Shown: positions 9,318 through 21,215 of the stretch, piece after piece
How the letters are laid out: every line of letters starts with the position of its first letter
Position numbering within the stretch: the stretch's first letter is position 1
Source of the DNA: Ptychomitrium polyphyllum
Lineage: Eukaryota
Length of the DNA: 64,000 nt
Direction of reading: 5' to 3'
Assembly (NCBI GenBank): GCA_973851085.1
Contig: OZ316775.1
Coordinates: 1,488,001 to 1,552,000, forward strand
Position numbers and translations under genes: made by a program
Notes under the pieces: generated by a model
Databases searched by the model: none
Seen by the model: only the letters and a program-made list of their open reading frames with translations
Told to the model about the DNA's origin: nothing

Positions 9318-12300
9318 GGCTTTCCAATGTTTGTCCAGAGGGTAATTTGTGAGCAAAACTGCATACCCACGTTTTTGGTTGCCACAGTAGATACGTGATT
9401 GGTTTTTGCTTCAGCTTAGTGCTGGAACTGTCTAATAGTGAAGATGTGCTATTTCTCCACTGTTTGTCTTCTACAGTATGTTCTTGTTGTTCGATTACAT
9501 GTGATATATAGTAAATTTGTCTACAGCGTCTAGGAGTAAATTCATCCCTGCACGTACAGAACGTTGCATTATAATTTCTGTTACATGCAAAAAATCTGGA
9601 TTTGGGAAGTATAACTCGAATCTTTTGGCTTCACCCTACTTGGATCTGAGTTGTAATGGAAGTGCAGTCCTACTGTGGTATCCACTTGGTTTAAGGAGTG
9701 CAATTCGTCCTCCTTGATTACTTCGGTACAGTATCTTGTTCTCGTGTTTCCGAATAGATGGATTTGCAAACCCCATATACATCATTGTAAGGCTCTCTTC
9801 ATGATAAAAATCTTGATCTAAATTATAGGATATGAATGTAATGGTAGACTAGCTCGGTTATCCTGGCATTTTGAGGTAGAAAGTAGACCATTGTCGTCCA
9901 AAGACGATGATTGATAGTTCTACGGCTCTTCTTCTGACAATCGAAAGCTTTCAGCAGAGTCAACAATCTAGTGTGGCCTCACCTGATTTTCTTCTGCAAA
10001 TTAACATGTCAATTAATTCTAAGTCTAGGCCAAAATAGAACAACGTCGAATGACCAAAGCTGGCGCAAGTTGAATACATGACCTCCATCATCTGAGCCAC
10101 AGTGCACATGCTCCAACGCAGCAAGGACATGTGCATCTAATGCAAGCAAAGTCAGATAATTTTTGACTAACATTGAATTGTGAGAACAGATGAATTGTTA
10201 CCTACAACTTACTGGTTGTAGGTAGAGCTGTGCTTCTATCTTCTCTAACTGAAAGTGTCTTCTATCTTTGTATTTACATGGCCATCTTGAATATACTTCG
10301 TTGAATATAGTCATGATATTATAGGAGGTTAAAATCTTATAACTAAGAAGGCAATAATTAGTGTTATTTGCTACCTATGATTATGGCAAGAGTACATTTG
10401 ACTATGAATAAGTCACCTTGAAGTCAATTAAACTAGAAAATTAATTATAATTTTAAGAAAAAATATTTTTAATTTCTTGTTAAATAGAATAAATCTAAAT
10501 ATATTAAAAATTGTTGTAATGAGTATGATTCTAATTGCAATATTGCTCAATTGCATAAAAAATACTAGTAGATAAGAAAGCCATGAATACAATAGAAGAA
10601 ACTTTTGAATAAGAATGTTAATAGACAACAAAGCTACAAATACAATAATAGAAAGGTTAGAATGGCCAGTAATAGAAAATAAGAGAAGAAAATTGGAATC
10701 ATATTAGGAATACAATATCATGAAGGATTTTAAGCTTTTGCCATCTTAAAATTATACAAGTTGTGTAGAGTTGAGCATATTGAGCAATGAATATTAATGG
10801 GAGTACATTAAAAGTTCATCAAACTATGGAGAATATAAAAAATGTTTTTCAATATATTTAACATGTCAAATACTACTTGGTCTCTTTGATCATCTCAAAG
10901 ATTATTCCAACTTTTATACATGTTGATAAGGTCTAAAGTTACAATATACATCCTTAAATCCTTCCAAGAAACTTTCACAATGGAGGAAAATCAACATACA
11001 AAAGATAGAAGGGAATGAAAACTTAAATATATAAATATTTACAATTAAGGGCATGGTGAAAGAGCGAAGTAATGCAAAGATGCAAGTAATCAATAAAATC
11101 AAAGTAGGAGTTATGCATTTTTTATGTGAAATAAAATCTAGAGCTTAATATTACAACCACTTAATTCTCCAATCATTAGAGTATGTTGGCTTTATAAAAT
11201 ATAGTATAAATTGGCAGACAAGGATAAAATAACAAAAGCATAGCTGGTAGCACAATATTTTCAATTACAATTGGTAGTCAATTTTAATTGCATATTTGTT
11301 TCCATGGTAAAATGAAGTTTGGTCCAATGCATGGTAAGCATTGCAACTCATTTCATGTATTTATCAACAATTTCATACAAAAAAAGGCCATATTTTGTGG
11401 CACTTTAAATTCTATATCTTTAAATGTTTTTAATGTGTCTTATATAAAATTAGTCTTGCACAAAAATAAAAGCCAGGAAGAAAATACTTGCATATTTAGC
11501 ATTTATATCAAATATTTAAAATATTCATTACTTAAATTCCAAAAATTGTTAATATAAGTAAGATTTGAAAAAATAAAGAAAATGGGGACAAGCCACAAGA
11601 CAGCAACCACCCAAACTTGCTCATATATAATCCAATTCACACTTTCACAAGCATTAAAATATAAACCTAGTCTATATTTAGGACTAAATAAAATGTTTGG
11701 ATAGATCTAGTATACTATACCACACTTCTAAATTCCAAGGCTAGCAAATGATTAATAAGAATTACAATTATTATTAAACATGAAAATACGGAAATCTAAA
11801 AGAACACGTTTATTTCAAATAATCCATAGATATGTCCAATTTTATAATGGGATTTTTGTATGTAGATTATAAAAATCTATTTATGTCTTAAAACAAATGT
11901 CTTTCATATAGTATCACAAATTTAAGCTTTGACTTAAATCACAACATATGCTCTAAAGTAAATTTTCTTGCAATTTACATTATTGTGCCGAAGATAATTT
12001 ATAATGTTCATTTATATATAATGATATATGTAAATGATATGTTAATATTAAATAGCAATTATTTGTATATATCAACTTTTAATTGAGTAATATGGAAGCA
12101 ATTTAAAGAGAGTATTTTAATTTGGTTTAAAAATTCATAGACATTGAATTTTTATATAGCAATGATAGATTCATCATACTTCAGCAAACAACTTGTGCTT
12201 TTGAAATACTTTTAAAAAAAACCTTATGTTTATACAAAAAGTACAAAAAGTACAAAAAAAACCCTTATATTTTGTACTATGTGTTTATTCACCCGTTCTG

Positions 12301-13420
12301 CACTTATAAACAATTTTTATTTTGTTTTAATTCTTTATTTTTAATTTTTTTACTTTACTTTTTATAATCTTATTGTTTTTTGATATATTTTTTATTTTTT
12401 TACTTTTATGATTGTACATAAACCTATAGTAAATACCATTATATCAAAGATGTGATAACAACCATATTACTTTAAAGTTGGTAATAACCTTTGCAAACTA
12501 TTTGACATCTCAATTTATAAGGTTATAGACTATTTAAACATGAATTCAATCTATATGCAAGGCTTACAAATAAATTAACTTTCTTAAATAACTTTTGATC
12601 TTGAATGCCTTTTCTCTACATTCTTCATCCAAATTCCAAAATTGCACTTAAATTCTTCATTTTGGTGGTTGTACTTTGAATACCACCATGATTTAATGAA
12701 CACCTGGGTGGCTAATGCTATACATAAGATGTTGGGCAGCTAGCCCTCAAAGATTGCTTAAATGTAAGTTGAATAATAATCTAAACACAAATAAATTCAC
12801 AATGAGGTGTTTTTTCAAATTATACAATGACCAAATCACATGCAGTTGTAAAAGCCAACTATCTATTGCAACCAACTCTATCAAATCTTAATGTTGAACC
12901 AATTAGAATGCACGAAAGGAACATTCAAAAGTACACTACTTGAATATAGAAGTGCAAAAAGCATAAATATTGAGCTCTTTGTGGACAATTACTTGATCAT
13001 TTGATTAGCCAAAATATCCAATTTTCTACTCATACACAAAGCACTTTGAAGTTTATTGTTACTTTCCAAGAAAGCAACTTATACAGAGTTGTATCACATT
13101 CACCTACATACTGACCAAGCATTCCACCCAAATTCAAATAGCCATTGAAGTAATTGATTTTGAAAATGCGTCAACTTTCTAAGCAAGATGAATATTTTTT
13201 CCATTTATATATAAAAGTCCTTCAATAAGGTTAGACTACTGTCATCCGATTGGTTCCCATTCTTATCACCATCTGCTAATCAAGGAGGGTATGTATGCAT
13301 GATTTAGATTTGGGGTCCTCGCACAAGTTAATAGTAGATACCCCACCAGAGGCAGTGAGGTACAGTAGTGATACTTCATATCAAGTGGTGCTCAAATTTT
13401 GCATGATTCTTGCACAGTTG

Positions 13421-13585
13421 AGAAGAGAAGAGAAGAGAAGAGAAGAGAAGAGAAGAGAAGAGAAGAGAAGAGAAGAGAAGAGAAGAGAAGAGAAGAGAAG
13501 AGAAGAGAAGAGAAGAGAAGAGAAGAGAAGAGAAGAGAAGAGAAGAGAAGAGAAGAGAAGAGAAGAGAAGAGAAGAGAAGAGAAG
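13421..13585. repeat. Perfect (AGAAG)33 pentanucleotide microsatellite
   Basis: 165 bp of uninterrupted AGAAG units. It explains the spurious EKRRE/FSSLL ORFs in the track. Confidence 0.98.
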
Positions 13586-16260
13586 AGGCCGAAGTTAGGG
13601 ACATGCACTTGTGCTAAATGATTAGTGTGGAAGCCACAACTATGTCTTTTCCTGTCTTGCCACGAAAGATGACCTCAGTTAGAAAGAAGTCAATGCATGT
13701 ACAACAGAGCAAATCACAACTGTATCCATGTGGAAGTCTGTACAAGTTTGCCTACAGCCAACTCCCTACCTAACGTAGTGGAAAGAGCCTTCCCATACAT
13801 CTGTTCACATGCCCACGCCCAGTGTCCGTACTTCCATCATTCTGTCAATGTGTCTCTGAGTTTGTGAAGGCCTTCCATATCATTTGCTGTTGAAGCAACT
13901 CACCGTCATGTTGCAGATTGTGAAACAGACAATTACAGTGAGGTATGTGATATGTGATAGTGAATGTAGGAAGTGAAGGCATGAGTCCAACTTGGTGGGT
14001 CGGTTTGTGTCTAAATTTCTTAATCCTTACTGGAGTAGGGTTTAAGGAATGGAGTTGCACTTTTGAAGAATGAAAATGTTTGAAGTATATTTTAGTAGTT
14101 GATGTGGATTACCTTCAAAGCAACAACAACACCTTTAACTTGGGACATGTTTTGAAGACTTCAAGGTAATTAAATATGGTTATTAGTAATAAAATATGGT
14201 TTTTTCTTTATTAAACCTAAGAGAGAGAAAATTTGATACATTTTAGAATATGATATTTTAACATTGTATAAAATAACTACAAATATTCAAACTTAGGAAT
14301 CTTAGGATTCAACTCTTTAGATGACTAATGTGTTTGATAAAGAATCTTATGTTTCTTTTAGAGAACATATTTAAAATTTTTTGGAAGAAAAATATTTTGT
14401 TAATATTAAGCAAAGTTTGATGCATGAGCAACAAGCTTTGAAATCTCCAAAGGTTCTCAACTGTTGCCAATTTCAAGCATGAAAAAATAAAATTAATTTA
14501 AAAAAAAATAAAAAAAAAATAAAAAAATAAATAAAAAAAATATATATTTTTGTACAAATAAATGAAAAACCATTTTAGCTAGGTAAATAATTAATACAAA
14601 TCAACAATCTATGCAATAACCGTTTTGATTAAAAATTAAGAATTTGCAAGAAACTCACATTAGTATACAAGTAACTAAGATTTTACAATTGAAAAAGAAA
14701 TTAAAAAAGAATTTCTTTGCATTGTAAATGGCATACTTGGAGTGTACTTTTGTATAGTCAAGAAATTTCAGAAATTAATTGAAGAATCATAGAAATTCAT
14801 TATCAAGCAAATTTACAAGAAACATACCTTATTATCTAAGAGTCTTTTAAAACTTCACATTATGAAAATTTAATTTATTAGATTTGAATTCATTACCTAT
14901 TTTTGTAAGAAAATATAACAAAACACATGTTTTAAAATAATAATTATATTGTAAGATTCACCTTTGCTATTATCATTATTTCAAAACAACCTTCATAAAT
15001 CAAAGTTTCACATGTTTTGAAACTCATTGTTTAAAAAACTTGACAAATCTTTGGCTCAATATTCTTTTAGCAGGCTTTAGATGTGAAATTCTTAATTTTG
15101 AAGCATTTAAGCAACTATAATAAAAAAATTTGAGCTCAAAGAACCAATTTCAACTTATTACTTTAAAAGTATTAATACATAGGTGGGACTAGAATCCAAA
15201 CCGTTCAAGTATTGGTCAATTAACCTATGGAAAAATTAATTAGTCCATAGATGAAAACAACAACCCACGATGGAAAGGCATTGGTTCGGATCCATTTGTC
15301 ACCCGAAAGCTGAATGATAAAAGATTTGGCCAAGTACTACCAAATACTGCCCTAACTTTTAGTCCTCTCTTGTCACTGTCTGTTCGCTCTTAAGGTTGAT
15401 TCAGATCCTAGCAAATTAAATTATCTCTAGATATCCGGAACTGAGAGGTGATGTCACATCTGGGGAAAACTAAAAAGACAGGAAAGAAATGAAGGTGAGG
15501 TCACATTCTCCGATATGTTCTAAAAACACCACATATCTTATGTACATTATTTTACTATAAACTGCCATCATGGAGCGAACAAAAGTTCCAGAAAGTGACG
15601 GTGTGAACGCGTGAACCGACAAGTGGCCGCAGCTTCAGTTATGATTATTGTAAGCACAAGAAACACTCAACTCAGCTTAACTTTTGGGCCATTCCATTCC
15701 ATCATTGGCTGGTTATTTGGCACTCCATGGAATTTGCACACGAATCATGAACCCTGGTGGGCCCCTTGCGGCGGTTTCCATGGTAGATGTACAGTTTCCT
15801 TTTCTGTTCTTTCCGAACACATAAAGCAATCTAGGCTCACCTAAAAGTAGATAAAAAGTAACCTATGATATCATTGGCCATTTTCCATGTCCTTCGCACT
15901 TACCGTGCAACCCGCCCTCCTAGGCCCCGGAAATAGCACGGTAACAGGCCCGCATGTTCCGTGTTCCAGCTGCTGGTGTTGTTTACAATCTGATCCAAAG
16001 AAAGGTGCAAATGCACATCACACAGCACGCCTGCAAGGTGTACATGAGCTTAAATCAGCCGGTGTTGCTGAATCCGGCACGACCTTCAGGAGTTCTTTAT
16101 TACCGATTTCTTCATTTATGTTTATCTACAGCTAGGTGCTCCGTAGACTGTGGTAGCTTTGCTCAATATTCAAAATTTAGTATTTTCTAAACTTACTGGA
16201 ACTTTCACCACCTCATACATGTCATTTGTGTTAATGACAGGACCACATGCTGCAACGCCG

Positions 16261-16400
16261 TGAAGTTACATCCACGTGATTAGCACACATATTCCAACGC
16301 AACCAAAACCTCACTTCCTCTTTCATGTTTCTTTTTGTTGATGATTGGAACACAAATTTTCATATCATGAAGTTTCACCCACGTGATTAGCACACATATT
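16261..16400 (+). promoter_or_regulatory. Direct repeat containing G-boxes (CCACGTGATTAGCACACATATT at 16272 and 16379)
   Basis: 22-bp exact duplication 107 bp apart, each preceded by TGAAGTT. It lies about 1.2 kb upstream of the GRDP-like ATG. Confidence 0.55.
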
Positions 16401-17524
16401 TCAAGGCATGCACCTTGGATTCGCTCATCCACTTTCTGAAGTAAAGAGGAGTTCCAAATAAGAGCATCGAGTTCCTACGACCTTTGGGCAAAGAAGTCGG
16501 TCAATCCTCGCAAGGCTGCATGTACATCAGTCGTTCGGGACACTTAAGATCAGCCTCCTGCTTTCCAATCTGATCCTCAAAAGGAAGACGTAAGGTAAGT
16601 GACCTAAGGAAGGACATGGTGGACTGTTAGGCAGTGGGCACTCAGTCAGCGACTGGCACGCCGCGTTTGGCTCGTTCCCTCGGCACTAGGTCCGGCAAAA
16701 ACTCGGGGCCCGGTGGCACGAGGGTTGCAGCCCCACCTGGGGAAATCAATGGAGACTGCATTCCACCGCAAGGTTATTGTTTGTAGTGCTCCAGTCAGCA
16801 GTGTCATTAATATCATTCATATAGGAGCGGCACTTTCCTGGAGCTTGGTGCTGAAGGACGTTGGACGTCCGATCTGGCAGGCCGGGATGCAAGGGAAGGT
16901 GCTCTAAAGACTGAAAGTGATGTTCAGATCTGGCCAAAGGGCTGGGTTTAGGAGCTCTTTCGGTAGTGGATGACGGATTCAGACACGACTGCAAGTGTAG
17001 AGGATTGGCTTTGACGTTTTTCTTGCAGTGAACTTGGGGGTGATCTGAGGTAGTGCAAAACTAGCGGGAAGAAGAAAGGTTCTTGTTCTGCGATGGGTTT
17101 GGGATTTCGTTGCTGAGGGAAGTTCGTTTTCGTGTAGGGCAGGCTGGTGGACGAAGGTGTTGCTCGTTGTGAAGGACAGGCGTTCCTGGAGGTGTTTGCT
17201 TTTTATATGATATTTTCGAAGACTTGTTGAATTGGTGGCTGCTTTGCATTCTGGTAATCGTGACTTCCAAGACGGGAAGGAAGCAATCTATGAAGCGGAG
17301 AAGGAAGTATCATGGGGCGCTGGTGAGTCAAACTGGGCCGGAATGCCCAAAGATTCAACAGAGTTGCACGTAGGGAAGGAGGATCGACAGAAAGCAAAGT
17401 GAATGTTCATTCAAATGTGTGCGTGAGGATTAGTCAGAGGTGAACGTGCTGGAAGCGACCATCATGCACGTGATTCTGTAGGATTTAGGCTGATCGAAGC
17501 GGACCAGGAAGAAGGGGGTTAGCG

Positions 17525-20500
17525 ATGAGTGCCGATCCGGCGCGAGCCGTGCTGACCCACCCGTCGCCGGGGTTGCTGCATGAAGCGCTTGCGGTGGAGA
17601 AGAACTGTGTCGAGGAGCAGCGCGCGGCGCAGCGCATCAATTTGAGTGTGGACCTCGTCTTGGCCGCCAAGCGCCACTTGGGCCTCCTGCGTACCGTCGA
17701 CAGTTTGCCGTGCCTCCACCGCGGTCCTGCCGTCACGCGCGCCATTCAAAGGTCCAACTCCTGTCCTTACCCTCACACCCCTCAATTTGTTCTACCACAC
17801 TATTTCTCACGTCCACTGTCCTTCCCCAGTGTTCACCAAAATCTCGCATTATTTTATCTTCGCAATAGTTCAGGTCTATGTTCACTGCCGAAGATCTCGT
17901 TTCGTATATTGATCGAGAACCGTGGTTGGATTGTTGATAATTTCTCTAGATCTGCACGGGCACAATGTTTTGAAATTTGATACGGAGTTGTATGTTGCAC
18001 AGATATGAGAATTACTGGCTGCCCCTCGTAGCGGATGCTATGAAATTTGACGCGCTGCTCAACTCCAGTGCCAAGGGCGCCAAGATCCTCGTACCTCCGT
18101 TGGACGTACAGTGGATCTGGCTATGTCACTGTCTTAACCCAGTAAGTGAGCGTCACATCCTGTTTGCTATTCTTAATGTCCCATCTCTCTCACTCTGCGA
18201 GACTGCCAGTCTCGTAGCTGAAATTCGTGGAATATTGTGCAAAACATTAGCTTAAGTTAGCAAATATTCAGCGTCATCGCCCTGAATGTAGACTTTCGTC
18301 GTGTACAGAGAGAATACCGAAAGTACTGTATTCGAAAGTACGGGCGGGTGATCGACTACCCCATCCTCCCGGACGTCGCAAGTGAGAGCTCAGCGCTAGA
18401 GCGGTGCAAGAAACTGTGGACAATTCTGTACCCGAAAGAACCGTTCGACATTCTCGCCACTCTCTGCAAGCTCCCTAGCGGCTTCGGCAATTTCAACCAG
18501 GTCTTGCCGCTCAAAGACGTAGATGGCTCAGAGCTCACCAGGGATCTCGTCGCTGTCGTCGACAGACAAAGCAGCTTCTACTACCAGGTGCGTAGTCCCT
18601 CACACAATCCCTTTTTAAACCCTTGCATTCCGGAAACCACATGAGTTCGTTGCTCGAATTACCCAAGATAATAATGCCGCATGTTCTTTGGCGAACTTTT
18701 GTTTAGGTCTCGCAACCGTACATGTGGGAGGACGTGTTTCTGCGCGCTTCGAGGGAGAGATACAAATGCTTCCTGCACCTGTTGCGCAAGTCACAGGGGA
18801 AGATACTGTGTGTGCCGACGTTCGATATTGACCTAATGTGGCACGCGCATCAGCAAGCGCCGGTTGCGTATGCGAAGGATACTGAGGCCGTTATTGGAAG
18901 TGTGGTGGATCACCACGACAATCTGGAGAGAGGGCCGGGGACGAAGCTGGGGAATGGGTTTGAGGACACGGCGAGGTTGTGGGAGAGCATGTTTGGACAT
19001 CCTTACGAGATGGCGGGCACACTGTACCGTGGGTCGAAGCCCGTGAATCTGCCTGCTCGGCCCCCGTCCGAGGTGACGGGAAGCACGTATGTGCTGGAGA
19101 GAGTGCCCCTCATCTTACCTTGGGATTTTTGCAGTAAGGATGAGAATGTCGCCAAATACCCCACTCTGTCTCCGCGGCACGTTTCGCAGGTAATTGTTCT
19201 GACATAAACATAGAGCTCATTGCGAATTAGTTTGGGGGGTTTGAGTTTCTGCTGAACTGGTTTTGTGTGGGAGTAGGTGTGTGTGGCGATAAAGGGGACG
19301 CCGAACATGGTGGCGTCAGGGGGGAAAGATAGTGCGCATCTTTTCGTAAGGTTGAAGGCGCTAGAGTCGAACAAGCTGCTCAAGGTGGACGCGCCCGTGG
19401 TGCCGTTTAGCAATGAGCCCCAGTGGCAGAAGCTATGGAGCTTGCAATGCGAGGCGAAGACGAAGGGTGTGACTCTTGAGCTGCGGTATCATGTTGATGG
19501 ATGTTTCAGGACGTTGCGGAAGACGAAGCGCTTGGGTGGGACGAAGATCACGTGGCAGGAGCTTCTGAAGACGCCCATGCTGTCGCAGGAGGTCGCCTTG
19601 ACGCTTGGGAAGACGCGGTTCAACTGCGATACCCGGAAGCACGGCCCCTTGCAGCTCTGCCTCGGGATTTCCATGACACCCCCAGTGCAGGGCTCGTATC
19701 TGTTGAAATCCGTGCCGGACAGGGTCACAGATGACAAGGGTCAGATGTTATCAAGCACCATTGTGCGCATGAGGCGCAACCAGCCACAGAGCGGGCGCTG
19801 GGTTTCGCGAACGGTACTCAATCACTCAGGCAAGGAGAATTTCGTAATCCGCATTCGCGCCGCGAAAGGAATCTGGAAGAAAAATGGAGACCGGCCCGTG
19901 GGCGTGGATTGGAACGAGCGCGTGATCAATGTCCACGAAGGAGGGTGGAATTACATCGCCCACGGGATCGGCATTGCGCCGGAAAAGATTGTAGGAAGCG
20001 CAACACCTCTGGCTCACGAACTGGAGGAGTACAAGCTCAGCTGGGCATTATCTACTGGCGACACGCTCATCATCTCCAGGCAGTTGGGCGACCTCAACTG
20101 GGAGCGCCACCTCGAATTCACTCTCAAAACCTCAGGCCCCAGTGCCGGTGTGGTAAGATTCTAACCATACATTGCTTCACGGGGTAGCATCCCAATTCCT
20201 GTTTCCGGCCAGTTCAATTCATGATTTCAAACGTACCCATTTCAGGCTCGTCTCGTGAACGGACGCAAGTTGCAGTACGAGGTCGCAGGCGCAACTTCGG
20301 AGGACGAAGACGGCTTCGTGACGCTCATCCGGTACAGCCCACATAGCCCTCAAGGCAGAGCCACCGCGCTCTTCAACTTCAAAGTTTCCGTGATGGAGGT
20401 CGTCCCGCAGGAAGACGTCCTCCTTGTGCTTCTCCTCTGCACCGCAACTCTACGCTCCATCGCCGACTTCGGAGGGTTAACCTATGGAAATGACTACACC

Positions 20501-20842
20501 CGCCGACGCGCTAAGGAGAATCAGCCCGGTCTCAAGGACTGGGGCTCCGTGGTGCTGGAGAATGGTAGCAAGCTCTCTCACCTCACCTCCTGGCACGTGA
20601 AATGCGCGGACTATAGCGAAGACGACCCCGACGGTGAGAATCTTCTCAGTCGCATCGCAGCTGACTGGGGTGGCGATTCCGGGCCTGCTTCCGGACCCGG
20701 ATCCATTGCGGGATCCATGAGGATGCGGTACCTGCCTCCTGCCGCAGCCATCGCGCACGAGTTTGCAGCGCAAGCGACCACAGGAATCTGGGGGCGGAGA
20801 ACCGGCAGCGGCGTCCAAGTTGACCTTGCACATCTTAGATGA
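17525..20842 (+). CDS. Glycine-rich domain-containing protein (GRDP1/2-like, DUF1399); about 6 exons (17525-17750, 18003-18141, 18309-18587, 18707-19189, 19277-20152, 20246-20842; boundaries approximate)
   Basis: Motifs SVDLVLAAKRHLGLLRTVD, AIQRYENYWLPL, VPPLDVQWIWLCHCLNP, VDRQSSFYYQV, CVPTFDIDLMWHAHQ, GRWVSRTVL, GRKLQYE and EDGFVTLIRYS..GRATALFNFK match the plant GRDP family. Exons join at GT-AG sites. Confidence 0.9.
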
Positions 20843-21175
20843 CCAACTTTTTACCTGCACTAGGATCATTATCGCATTGGCTCCACTTTGTGTAATATAT
20901 TTATGGTCTATGCGGTACTTTTTGTGGACATGAATGCAGGATATACCTTACGTAGATGAGTTCACTGATTTGATCGAGATGCAGGTCGCCGAGAATTGCG
21001 ATCTGTGTAGAAAAGATTATTGTAACACTAGACGAAATGTAGCAGCCATTAGAGCATTAATATGGAAGCAATTCTTTAAGCAGGAGGGCACATGTAATAA
21101 AGTCATTGATACTATCGTAATCAATGCGCTAATTTGCGAGGTTTTACTGGTGTCTGAAGAGGTTTTGGAGGTGTG

Positions 21176-21177
<2 letters not shown>

Positions 21178-21211
<34 letters not shown>
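21178..21211. repeat. (TG)17 microsatellite downstream of the GRDP-like gene
   Basis: Read directly from the sequence. Confidence 0.95.

Positions 21212-21215
<4 letters not shown>

Noticed and set aside
13295..13621. ORFs with EKRRE / FSSLL repeats
   Set aside because: Translation artefacts of the (AGAAG)n microsatellite.
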